A DNA stretch of 63,876 bases, filler included, from Phoronis australis (taxonomy: Eukaryota; Animalia; Phoronida): NCBI GenBank assembly GCA_002633005.1. It is 9 parts of 9 records of this genome, joined end to end, with 100 filler letters (N's around TTAATTAATTAA, not from the genome) between each part and the next. Parts side by side here need not be neighbours in the genome. Positions count along the whole stretch, not along the records: positions 1 to 20,066 come from NMRA01000970.1; positions 20,167 to 38,803 come from NMRA01001197.1; 7 more parts are not named here. One strand, written 5' to 3'. The notes beneath the pieces were generated by a model that saw only the letters and a list, made by a program, of their open reading frames with translations, made no database searches and was not told the origin of the DNA. How positions within the stretch are numbered: the stretch's first letter is position 1; the number at the start of each line of letters is the position of its first letter. This document shows, piece after piece, positions 13,200 to 25,600 of this stretch. The position numbers were made by a program, and so were the translations under genes.

Positions 13200-14190
13200 C
13201 ACCTTCTTATAGACCAACCAAATTGAGGAAGGATATGTTTTTTGAAGAAAATTCCACGACAATGAATCAAATGCTTTCTCAAAATCAATCAGTAAAACAA
13301 TCCAGGGTTTATAGCAGCCTGGGCGTAAAACATTAATTCACATAGCACGCGGATATTCTCATTCTCACTTCTTCCAGAAACGAAACCTGTCTGGTCTTTC
13401 CTGATTAGTTTTCCCAAAGCTGGTTTCAACCGTTCAGCCACAGCCGAGGAAGACAATTTATATGTCACATCGAGTAAGGATATAGGTATCCATTTTTTTC
13501 AAATAAGGTTTACTTTCATCTGCTCCCTTAAGGATGCAGGTAATCATTCCCTCTTTCTGTGTTGATGATAACTGACCAACTGCAAACCAGTGTTTAGTGA
13601 GCGAACAACGAAATGTCAAATGTGAGTAGAAAAAAACTTAAAAATTACACTGAAAAACCGCCGGAGCCTGGGCACTTGTTGTTTTTAACTTTTTTTCAAG
13701 CATTGTGTGACTTCTTCTATTTTTTTCTTTTTCTAACTCATTCCGTTGTGAGACACCAACCGTATCAAGAAGAGTCTCTTAAGCAGTTCTGTTATAATGT
13801 CTATAATTGTATAGATTTTCGTAAAAAAATGGTTTCCTGAATAACCTCTTCTTCACTAATGGTTTTAGTATTGTCAGATTTCCACAAAAAGATATATACT
13901 TAGTTGAGTAATGCCTATTTTCCAAAAGAAGAAGGTATTTAGAAGGTTTTTCACCCTCTTCAATCCATCTTTCTCTCGACCTAATCATAAGACCCTTAAC
14001 TTATTCTGCCTTAGCTAGCCAATTCGATTATTTTTTGTTCCAGTAGTTCCCTATCAAGGCCTAGACCTGTTTCCAACAAGCTCATTTTTTCGATAAGATG
14101 CTGTTAAGCTCTATCACATTTTCTTTTTAAGTAAATAGCAAAGGAAATTATTTTGCCGCGATTCTCCATCAATAACGTTTAAAGAAAAAA
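13200..14190 (-). pseudogene. Decayed Tx1/L1-clade LINE ORF2 fragment (linker to RT start)
   Basis: IRSRERWIEEGEKPSKY, PISLLDVTYKL and KDQTGF motifs, with stops and frameshifts. Confidence 0.7.
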
Positions 14191-14191
14191 G

Positions 14192-16680
14192 TTGAATGAA
14201 GTCAAACGTAACAGAAGGTTCCGTAGACGAATCACTAGGAAGACTTTAACCTGCGAAACAAACTACGTAGTTAATTTATCTAACCATAACTTAACTGATA
14301 GTGAGGTTAGCCTACTTTCTAAAGGACGTTACTTCTGTCTTACCAAAACCAATATTGACAAAGATGAATTACTACTCGATATTTACACTTTAGCTAGATG
14401 ACTTAGATTAGTAGCTTATTTTGACAATCCTTTCAAAGGTGAAAACCAGAACTCCCCTTTAGAAATTAATCCTTTCAAGAAAAAAAAACAATTGAAATCC
14501 ACCATTTCCATGAAAGTTACATCGAAGCGATTACTATTGACGCTATGAATTACAAAAAGCAAAACTACAAATATATTATTACTAAGTCCTAAAAAGATGC
14601 CCTTACAAATCTCGCTAAAAACAAAGAAATCATAATTAAACCAGCTGATAAAGGATCAGCAGTTGTTATAATGGACAATCAGAAATATATTGACGAGGCT
14701 CTCCGACCACTTAATGACACAGCGTACTACAAACTTTTAGATAATAACCACAACACAAAACATATCAGCCTTATAACTAAAACTATTTTGAATGCTTTCC
14801 AATTAGTCCACATTGACAAAGAAACAAAAATTACCTCGTTCCTAATGATGCTCAACTTAGTCGCTTTTATCTCCTTCCTGAAATCTACAAAGAAGGTAAT
14901 CCTGGACGCCCAAATATAGCTAGCAACAACTGCCCTACAGAAAAAATTCTCAGTTTGCCAACAACCATGTTCAGCAATTTGTCCCCACAATTCTTTCGTA
15001 TGTTAAAGATACGAATCATTTTATTAATGCAATTAAAAACATCAGGGATTTAAATAAAAGTACCCTTCTCGTAACACTTCATGTCAAAAGCTTATACACT
15101 AATATTCCTCAACATGAAGGCATAGAAGCCTGTTTCAAGTTTCTTAGTCAACGAAATAATCCTAATGTACCTACATCTTGTATTCGCTCTCTTCTTGAAC
15201 ATGTACTTACCATGAATCATTTTACCTTTAACAATAATCACTATCTCCAAATATTAGGCACAGCTATGGGTATTAGGGTTGTTTCTACTTTTGCCAACCT
15301 TTTTATGGGAAATTTTGAAAACAGCTTCATCAAATCCTGCTCTGAAAAACCTATTCTGTGGCTAAGGTATATTGATGACAATTTTATGATCTGGACCCAC
15401 GGCCCACAAAAGTTAGATGTAAATTAAAAATATTAACGAATTTCACCTACTATAAAGTTCACTTATGGCATTTCTCATAATAAAGTCTCACTTTTAGATG
15501 TAACTGTCATCCTTAAATAGTGATAAACTAGAAATTGACTTAATCTGTACAGAAACTGACAAACACCAATACCTGTCACAACCCTCGTGTCATCCCTTCC
15601 ATTGCAAGAAAAGCCTTTCATATAGACTTGCCCTAAGAATTCGACGCATTTGTTCAGAAAAAACTTCCTTTAATAACCGTTTAAAAGAACTCAAGTACTA
15701 TCTACAGTGTAGTTCAACGTCATTTCCCGTTACATCTTATACACAAACAGTTTGACAAAGTCCGTTCAATCACACGAACTAAAACTAATGGCAATACTAC
15801 TAAAAGAATACCATTCATAACTATATTCAATCCATGTTTAAACGTAATTAGCCAAGTCTTCAGAAAACATTTTTCCAGGCTGCATATTTCCCCTCAAATG
15901 AAAAACCTATTTCCTCATTCACCTATAATTTCTTGGAGAAAATGTAAAAATATAAAAAAATGCTTAGTTAAAGCTAATATCGACAATATACACCAAACTG
16001 AAAAACCGATTGGCAACACACACTGTAACAAAACTAGGTGTAAAATGTGTAACTTTATCAACGTTATTACTTTTTTCCAATCTTCCCAAACCAATGGAAA
16101 CTTTGAAACAAAACGTTATTCTGATTGCACCACCAACAGTATTATTAATCTTATAACTTGTAAAAAATGTTCTATCCAATACGTAGGACAAACTCAACAT
16201 AATCTACAAACTCGGTTTCTTAATCATAGATTGATCCTAATACATAAAAACATTTATGATACTATAGGTAATAATTTCAATTCCAAAAACCATAATATTC
16301 AAGATCTTTCTGCACAAATAATAGAAAAACTCCAACACCCCAGTACTCCTCACAGACTCAAAAGAGAACAATATTGGATAGACAAGGTCAATACAATAGA
16401 GCCTCATGGATTGAACATAAAAACTTAAAATATATCATGGAAGTTGTTTACGCAAAAATGTATCATACTTTATTACACCTTATCTTAAATGTCATTTGTC
16501 GTTTAATGTTTGATTTTACTTTATTTCTGTTTCTGTTGACAACGGACGTTTTTACATCCGAAAATTTCAGTTGATCCATTCTTGTTATTTTTTACCAATT
16601 TATATTCTACATTTCGTGAAACAATAGTATACTTGGGAGAATCTGGATCACCTTATTTAGTTTCAGATTTATTGTCTACG
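14192..16680 (+). mobile_element. Decayed Penelope-like retroelement (RT + GIY-YIG, Neptune-like)
   Basis: VVNLS...LLSKG, IKPADKGSAVV, KSLYTNIP, GTAMG and WLRYIDD motifs; linker CNKTRCKMC; GIY-YIG-like ITCKKCSIQYVGQT...REQYWI...PHGLN ending at 16428; multiple stops and frameshifts. Confidence 0.85.
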
Positions 16681-17100
16681 TTAAGAAAAAGTATAGACAA
16701 TTGTAAGTCTGAATTACTTATACTATCAACTGTCGGAATATTGTCCGTCATATGCTGGTTTTTAACTAATTTAATAGTATCCTTTACTGCAGCAATATAC
16801 TTATATTTTTTTTAGGAGAGAGTTATTGAACTTCCAAAATGATTTCCTCCTCCTGGAACCATCACCTTTAAAGAAATTGTTACCGTTTAATGATCAGACT
16901 GGTAACCTAAATGTGTTATGGAGTATTAAATATGGCTAAAAAGGTTTTAAGAAATTAGAGAAAACATAGTGTGGATCGTTTACTTCCATCTCCTCAAGCT
17001 GTCTTGTGAGCAAAAGGCAAAGACATTCTCTACACAGTCCAGGTAAATTTTTTACAGATATTTAATGGATTCAAACCATTAAATGTCATATTTTTACTGG
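16681..17100 (-). pseudogene. Upstream part of the same Tx1/L1 LINE (end of APE endonuclease)
   Basis: GYQSDH and WKFNNSLL motifs; the reading continues into the 14190 fragment if the Penelope insert is removed. Confidence 0.6.
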
Positions 17101-17789
17101 TGTTAGCCTTATTTTGAATAATGTCCTGTTATGTAAGTGTGCTTGTCCTAAAAACCCATGTTGCATTATTGCAACACCAGGCTCTGACATCACCATGCCA
17201 ACACTTGTGTTTAGTCTTCTGTCTGACCCTAGGTAGTGTTATGCCCAGTTAATGCTATTTTATAGCAAAATCACAGTATCTTTTAGCAGTATATCTATTC
17301 TTCTAAACAATATTTAAGTTTGACTTGTTAGATTGTAATTTTTGTGTAAATAAGGTAAACAATTTGCTTTTTCGTGCTACCGGGGCTTTCGTCCGTTGTC
17401 TCTTTGGCATCACATTCAAAATCCTGACTGTATAGGATCTCAACCATCGTCTTCATGTACTTATATTATTGTTTATTACTCGCTCCTTGTCAAGACTGTA
17501 CTTTGAAACACATGTATTGTAGGACATCAATTGAATTAGATAATCGATTTTCTGGTTAATTTTTAGATTCAAAACGACAAGGAAAATCCTCAAGTTGGGT
17601 ATACGAGCCAATCGTAACAACGGGTACCGTCTTAAAGAATAAGGAAGAAGTTCATTTGAAGAAAAAGTCAAGATCGACGAAAAACATCTGCATTGTGCAC
17701 TGATATGACATCGAGGCAGTAACTGTCAAGTCACATTTTGATGGTGCTAGTCCTACTGATAATGTCATATTATGAGACAAGAGCTCTAA

Positions 17790-18724
17790 TGCCCATTTTT
17801 AACTCCCAAGGCCATTTTGTGTGCGGCCAGTGATAAGTTTATGGTTGGTCTCGACCTGTTGGATGCTCTGTCAGCAATCTACAACTACGACATCACGCCC
17901 GGAAGGTAGTATCTGTACCTCTTTTGGCACATTTTACCCTTGTTGTGGTCAATCTTTGGCTTATGTACCAAAGTGTGCTCTTCAACGCCCGAAGATGAGC
18001 TCACGAAGCTGAGAATTTTCCAGGCCCATATTGTGACATCACTGTGCAAAGCTCCCAATCAAGGCTGGCCATCTTTGGATGAGGTTAAGTCGCCAAAATC
18101 TGCACCAGCAAAGATGACAAGAAAAAACGTTTTTCCTCGTGACGTTAGCTACAATGGTGTAGGTTGTTGACCCATAGACGTTACTAAAATAGGTCATTGC
18201 AAGTAGTGTGATGACGGCATACCGGAAGTGTGTGCGAGAAATGCTTCACTTCACAAAAACTGTTTCTGTCTATATCACATTTAGTTTTACAACTAAATTG
18301 TCTTGTGTTTAGATGCAACAGTGAGAATCAGTGACTCATAGAGGCTACGGAAGAGACAACAAACTGTGTTGACTTTATTACAGGAATTGTAAGCGAACTA
18401 CTAAATTTATGAGTATATTTCACTAGTATAACAAACTTAGAATCTTAAATTGAGCAGAAGGAAACTTGGTAGCTTATGCTGATAATTAGAGTAATTGTTA
18501 CATAAAAAGTATCTCATCTCATGTTGCTTTGTAGAGATATTCACAAATAAATGGACATTTGCTAATATCAACTCCCATTGTTGCAAAATTGCAACATTCT
18601 ACAAAACGAGGTCATTGAGTGTATTTTTTTTAAATGTTACCCTCATCATCTAGTGACCTAACGTCAAGTGTTTTTGAGCTCAAACAAATTTTTATTACAT
18701 TTTGAACATCTGGGCCTTCTAGGG
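17790..18724 (+). mobile_element. 3' remnant of a piggyBac transposon
   Basis: DKFMVGLDLLDAL...Y...YLYLF (MGGVD-like motif), C-terminal ...KNCFCLYH Cys-rich end, terminus ...CTAGGG|TTAA at 18724/18725. Confidence 0.65.
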
Positions 18725-19440
18725 TTAACTTACAGTACAGCCACTGAATTATTAGACTCTCTCCGGTTTCTCTCCGGTCTAGCTACAGTGACCGTAACCG
18801 GAGACAGACCGGAGAGTGAGGCGTGAATCAACCGTGACAGCTGGCGTGAGCCTAAGTGCGACTGTACCCTGAGCTGACCATGAGTTAGGCGTGAACGATG
18901 GGCGAGCCAGCCGTGAGCCAGGCTTGAGTTTACCTGCATCACAGATGAAAATGTAATTTATTGAAATTATATCAGTAACTAGCAGTGATGTGTGTATTCT
19001 CATAGACTTTTGCTCACGTGGGGTTTAGTTTTTTTTTGAAATCGTCACGTTCAGTAAAAGATCAAAATTTACTTCTCAAATCTTAAGTCACTTCAGGAAA
19101 CAGACATGTGAACTCTACTTTTCACTTATATATAAGCATTTGTTTTTATATAAACCAATAAAGAATCTTCACACGCTTGTACATGGCGTAAATATTCAAT
19201 TGCCTTCACGATATGAAGAAGAATAGCATGTCAATTCTGAGCGTATTGATCACAAGTTCCGGCATCATGCGGAGAAAACGCCAGTGCTTTGCAAAAAGTT
19301 ACAGAGTGACACAATAATTCACAAGATGCGTAGGCTATTTTTGGGGCGAATTAACTAGTTTCATTGAGTCCACAGCCATGTAAAGACGACTCTGGACACA
19401 GGGTCGCGTATATTCGTATTTACTAACCGTGGTTACTGTA

Positions 19441-19645
19441 CAGCACACATCACGAATTTTTGGCCGACCGGTCGGAAATTGGTCGACGACCGGCCGTCGA
19501 CCGGTCGTCTAGCCGACCACCAGCCGACCAACAACGGTCGGCTAGGAGCTGTCGGCTTAGTCGCCTCTGTGGTCGGCATTTGGGTCGGCTAATTGGTCGC
19601 CTAGCGTAGACGACCAATTTGGATTAAGCGTGTTCTTGGTCGGCA
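19441..19645. repeat. Cluster of CCGACC/GGTCGG subterminal repeats, probably a DNA-transposon end
   Basis: Many direct and inverted (G)CCGACC(A) motifs following a CAC-starting end. Confidence 0.45.
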
Positions 19646-20066
19646 ATTAGCATTTTATGACTTAGCGGGTGAACTTTTGACAAACAAACATTTAACTGTT
19701 CGCTGTTCGTTTACCAGTGGCAACTCCGGTCTTGACATCGGTTTATCAAATTTTGTTCAACTATTAAATGGAGGTAAAATCGAATCAACCTACAAATACG
19801 AATTGCGTAGCATTACACAAGCCGAATACCTTATGTTGAATTAATGACGGCGTGGTAAAATCAAACGTTAAGTGATATAGCGGAAAAATAATTTCTAACT
19901 TTAGATATCAGACATTTTATGCAGTGCATTATGCATAAAAACAAGCACGAAATTTGAAATTTACAGCAAAATTGCATAAAAATCAGAATACAACACTGGA
20001 TATTTTACGACCTCACATGTTTTCATGCCGCGGATTGCTCAACAAGCAGCACGCATTTGCGCTCAT

Positions 20067-20166
20067 NNNNNNNNNNNNNNNNNNNNNNNNNNNNNNNNNN
20101 NNNNNNNNNNTTAATTAATTAANNNNNNNNNNNNNNNNNNNNNNNNNNNNNNNNNNNNNNNNNNNN
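20067..20166. other. Assembly gap with artificial TTAATTAATTAA linker (also at about 38804, 42351, 48832, 51638, 54335, 58517 and 61751)
   Basis: Identical N44-TTAATTAATTAA-N44 spacers giving stops in all six frames. Confidence 0.95.
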
Positions 20167-21351
20167 ATTTTAGGTGATATCTCTAAACTAAAAGAGTAGC
20201 CTCAACTCTCTTGTCAGTCAGAGTAAGGCCACATCACAAAAAGCCCAAATTCGCGGGCCTCGTTTAGTACTAAATATATAAGAGACAAGTTTTTTTAAAA
20301 GCAATTATCAACGTTCAATCTTAGAAGTGTCTACAAAGAGAATTTCAACTTCAAATATATTCCGATATAGCAGGCAGGTTAAGCAACATCTAGCCACTTG
20401 TGACTGGCCTGAAAATGGTCTTGGAGTTTTCTCCCCTGCTGGAAATTTAATTGTACCTATGAGTTGCAAATTTCTTTTTCTTACTAACCTTACATGAGTC
20501 TTTATGACCATCAATGCCAAACTTTGTCACCAGTTTTCCAAGTCTGATTTTTTGCCGTTCAAAAAATGCAGTTTTACTGACATGAAAAAATGCAAAATAT
20601 GACTTTATAGCCAAATAGGTCATATCTCGGTAACCAAAGGTCATTGAGTGCAAATATTGCGGCAATGCACTTTGGGCCAGCATCTCAACACATGCACAAA
20701 GTATTAGTTCTGTATGTATTTTTGAGTATATAGTGATTTTTCATTTTCATATGGTTTTTATATGGAATCATTCTTAAGTTTAGAAATTTTAGGACTTAGG
20801 CGGAAATTTAAAAAACCATATGTCTGCTTACAAAAAAATTAACATTGAAGAATAAAAACAACCTTTACACCCCTCTGGTGTTCCTGTTCCATGTTTTCAA
20901 AGAAGTTGGTTGCAGTTTCATAGACTGCAGTCGAGAGATTTTGTGCGGCATATATTCGACATGAAATGAGTGTGTAACCTGCTGTTGAATTGCGAGATAG
21001 ATTTTGACTGGTCCGGGTGGTTATTTATGAAGTATTACTGTAATCTTTATTCATGTTAAAGGTTTTACCAGCGTTCTATTTATTTGTACACGAATGTGAA
21101 TTTGTTGAAATCGCTGATCCAAATCCCGGCCAAGTGTGCGCATTCTGCTGAGACCAACCGTCTGATCAGGGCCAGCGAAGAGTATTTTGGTTAATTCGCT
21201 CACTAGGCTATGACTGAGCCTCCTCTTAAGGACAAGAGTATACGAAGAAATTTAGCGGATAATTTTCGTCAAAAAGTTTACCAGATAGTTTTCATCAAAA
21301 CGGAGAAAACAAAAATGGATTTGTGAAGACAGGATTGAGTAGTAGAGTCTC

Positions 21352-21552
21352 TTAAAAACATTCATCTTCGAAGTGCCTTGAACAAATGTACATGTATAAA
21401 GTCTTATTGCTGAAACAACTGCCATTCACGTTGACTGTAGAAGTAAGGTTTTCTTCCCACTGCCGATTATGGGGTCTTCGGATGGTATGGAAGCTAATGC
21501 CTTTGCATTTCGCTTGTGTGGCCGAACAACCGGCCACACAGTATCTTACCAT
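21352..21552 (-). pseudogene. Isolated THAP-domain remnant
   Basis: MVRYCVAGCS...SFH...W...ICSRHFEDECF matches the C2CH THAP signature; stop immediately after. Confidence 0.7.
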
Positions 21553-23899
21553 GCTTAGCAGACGACGTACTTGCCGGAAATTGCAACAGATAATTTAGCC
21601 AGGTGTCGCCAGTGAATAATGACGTAAGGGCAAGTGCGTAAGGTCACAGATTTCGTCCATTGAAAGTATACGGAGTTGGCGGTCCATGTACTATAGTCTA
21701 TGATGTAAGTAACATTTTGTTTTTACATAAAGGTACGTTCATAGCACAAATACCCTAGACTTAATGAAACATTTTAATGTCTCTTAAAAACGTTGTTAAG
21801 AATTTCGATTACTGATTTAGATAACATTCTACCCCGAATTAACTTTTAAAATGTAAGGCGTGATTGAGAGTATTGGTTAAAATGCAGTGGTCGTGTTCGT
21901 CTATCTCACAGTTCAATAAAACTTGGACAATAATAATCCAAACAGCTTACATGAAATTGACTGAAAAGTTTCAATGACATACACAGAGCCGTTTTCAATA
22001 ACTCGTGCTCCTCAATTCAGATGAAGGCGATTGGCATCAATATCAAAAATGTTAGAAAAAATTGGTAGGTACTCTGCTTATCTTGAATAACCCCAGTAGA
22101 TGGCGATAGCGTATACTGTGCAATATAATTTGTTTTAACTGTGCCATGTCTAAATTTTTAAACTTAACACTAACGACCGACGTCTGTACGCAAACTTCTT
22201 AAAGCGGTCCCCATGAATTTTCTTTTCTTTAAATATCACATGGGCGTGGTAAAGCATCGCTCCCAGTTGCGACAAATCCGGCACGATGTCAACGGGCTCA
22301 CTAAAAAAGCCACTATCACGCGCCGGGAAACCGATATCAAGAAAACAACCAAAAAATAATAAAAAACCTTCGCGCAACATTGTTACAGTGAAATGTCGAA
22401 TACCTGAGGAAATTCACAGATTTTTGGACGATATACAATTTAAAGCAATGGAACATAAAATCGGACATCGTCACGGCACATCTAGTTTACTTGTTCTCAA
22501 CGACAGTATGCACGCAAATGCACAATTCTCACAGGATCAAAGTTACGCATGCCTTCGCTTTTTGTATCATCTTTCCATGCTATAAACACCTCGTTGACGG
22601 AATGGTATGGCTACTCTCTGAATGAAAGGACTTTGGATACAAACATAAGTGCTCTATTCACGGTGGGAGATTCGATTTGAGTGACCGATTTGTAACTTTT
22701 GATCGTTGATAATAGTAAACACATTTTCAGGCTGGTCTAGGAACTCCTGCTTTCCTGCCATATGCAGGAAAGATGTCAATTTCCAAGTGAACTAGAAACG
22801 AAGACGAGCAATTCACTCACACAGATACTGAATATTGAAAACAACTTTTAGAATTTCTAAGCAAAATGCTACAAATCCTTGTTGTGGCATTAACCAGCCT
22901 TTGGCCATCAAATACACTACTGTAGATTTTTTTAGATTTAATTCGTTAATGAGTACATGTATAATCGGGACGTACTCGGGTTTGAAATTTTTTAAGTCCC
23001 TGACGATACGGGTAAGATTAAATTCAAGATGTGACATGATGGGTCGATTTGGTGAATCACCAACAGCCAGATGTAGTATATGAACCCAATTCATAGGTTC
23101 TTTTAAATTGTTAAACTAATAAAATTACTTACAGACATTACCCAGACATTGTTTTTAGTCTTTTGAGCTAGTGTGTTTTGTCGTGATGTACCTGAACGTG
23201 AATGTAAGTTGATTTTTACATTAAATATGCTGAAATTGATTGTGTCTGGACTTTATGCTATATTTCAAGTTTCATTGTTAAATCTCAAATTTCGTTCGCC
23301 GAGCCAATGATTGGAAATTGGGCAGGATGTAACAAAAGTTCACGGCGCTCTAACGTATCATTTAAAGGACGCGTTTTGTTTTCCTCACCCTATCCTTACA
23401 TATTTTCAAATTATAAACAGCAAATAACATGTTTGGGTTATTGTCAATCTCAGGAGGAAAAGCTAGCCATTCATGTTATACACAAATGACTTATTGTATT
23501 TTATAAAGAAACTGATTTTGTTAATTCAATATTATATCTATAAAACAAGTGAAACTCGTTGGGAACACAATCCTTAAAGTGTTGTTTGGCTTGAATGCAA
23601 GACTAGTAGGTAAAATTGCAGTGGCAGGAGAGGGGATAAATCTGGTTCATCATGAATTACGTAAGGTGTTTTCTATCTAACATAAACTTCCCGGGACATT
23701 ATCGTTCTTAGAACTCCCCCACCGTGGCACTGCCAGCAACTTGGCCGCGCAAGTAGAGCTTACATGCTACTGTATCTGCTATGACTTGCGAGCTGGCACA
23801 AGGAGATTGGCAATAACGGTAAAAAAATCATTTCGACTGATTCAATCGCTGCACAAACTTTGAATTGAAAAATTCATAAAACTCCATACCTTACTCTTA

Positions 23900-25310
23900 G
23901 GATGAATTATACAGAAATATTAAGTGGTTTTGCTGTTGGCCAGTTATCAGCAACACAGAAAAAGGGAGTGATTACCTGCATCCCTCATGGAGCAGATATA
24001 AGTAAACATTATTTGAAAAACTTGAGACCCGTATCTTTACTCAATAAGACACATAACAGGGCTCGACGCTATTAAAATCGCCAGGTCGCATTTTGCGACC
24101 TAGCCAAAATCCCAGGTCGCATTTTCAAAATCCAACTCTCCTTTGTAAATGCCAAGTCGCAAAATTTCCCCGCCATTTTACGCGCCAAAATTGATTTTTT
24201 AGATCATCGAGGACATGTGTAGATTATGCTCTAACCTGCAGCGTTAAATACTCACAAATTTCAGATCGCAAAATTGACTTCGTTCATGCATACGGCGTTA
24301 CTGTTCTTCACGACCGCCATTGAAAGGCTCCAGAGCGCAAGGCAAGTTGCCGACATGAAAGTTGAATCAGTGCTCTCTAACTGAAACGTACATTCGAGTA
24401 GCTAAATTTGCGATGTGAAAATGGAGAAATGTTCGTCGAAAAAGTATCTGGGATTTTGATAGGTCTGACTTGCTACTGGCTGTCATCAAAGTTGTTAAAG
24501 ATTCAAACTAACTCGGAGTGCAAATTCCCTCCACTTTTTGTTCGCAGCCCAAATTTTGCAATTTAACTCGACGTTTGAAAGACATGTGACGAAAAAAATC
24601 CGTGAAACGATTTCCTAACCAAATGACCTATTTGGATGCGTGCAAAAAATTCAGTGCAAATTTCATAACAAAAATGTGGTTCTAATGCTGTTTAGGTACT
24701 CAACAATTAGTTTTCCATGAAATGAATAGCCTCGAAATAATTACCGACTCCCTCCGTGCGGGTTTCCATCGGGTAATGGCGAGTTTGCTTCTTAGTACCT
24801 CCCACGTACGGGAAAAATAGGTCAGTCACAAAACGAAACGCATGTCACTAGTGTTAACTTTCTTTCGGATCGTCAAAGATCGATTCTGCATATCTCATGT
24901 TCACGCGACTTCCTTGCAGGTCATTGCTGTTCTCGGTTAGTGTTCTTTTGAACTTGGATTTGGCAACAACCAAATAACGGTCGGATTAACAAGTGTTGCT
25001 TTATATTTGCCTGGTATCTGCAGAGAAGCGTTAAAACTCGGCTCGCATTCGTTGGAAATTCCAAATAGCTTTTTACGACTTGATACGACCTGACAAAAAT
25101 CTCATCTCGCATTTCTAAATTTCAGGTAGCAAATGCGACCTGCAGCTCGTTATGTCGAGCATAAATTGGCTTCTTCGGCTGTGGCTGACAGGTTAAAATC
25201 TGTTTTGGGAAAAGTAATCAGTAAGCACCAGACAGGTTTCATTTCTAGAAGAAATATGAACGAAAATTTCTGCGTGCTATATGATTTTTGTTTTATGCCC
25301 ATGCAGCTAA
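23900..25310 (+). pseudogene. Tx1/L1 RT fragment split by a MITE
   Basis: QKKGVITCIP...KNLRPVSLLN | KLASSAVADRLKSVLGKVISKHQTGFISRR. Confidence 0.65.
24057..25160. mobile_element. Non-autonomous hAT element inserted in the LINE fragment
   Basis: CAGGGCTCGAC start, ...GTCGAGC end (clipped); GGTCGCA/TGCGACC subterminal repeats at both ends. Confidence 0.6.
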
Positions 25311-25317
25311 TAAACCT

Positions 25318-25600
25318 GGGCCCGGTCTCCAATCTCCGTACTCAGACTCGAATCATGCTCAAACTCACACTTCATACTCAACTCGAGTGCAGACTCAGCT
25401 TTGGTGTATTCAATGTCATACTCGAAAAATCTGTACTCGAAATTTCGAGCACGTACTCAGTTTTTGAGGGTACTCGAACTGAAGTGTATCTAATCTATAT
25501 TTCGATTACGATTTTTCGTAAAAATTCGGAATCTATGCTCAAATCTCAAGTTTGGTATGGCAGTGTGCTTGAAATCGTACTCGAAAATAAATACGAGGCA
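25318..25600. mobile_element. Left end of a PIF/Harbinger-type MITE (same family as 41078-41477)
   Basis: CTG|GGCCCGGTCTCCAATC terminus and ACTCGA(A) repeats. Confidence 0.5.

Noticed and set aside
20111-20122. TTAATTAATTAA palindrome recurring eight times
   Set aside because: Artificial six-frame-stop linker inside N gaps
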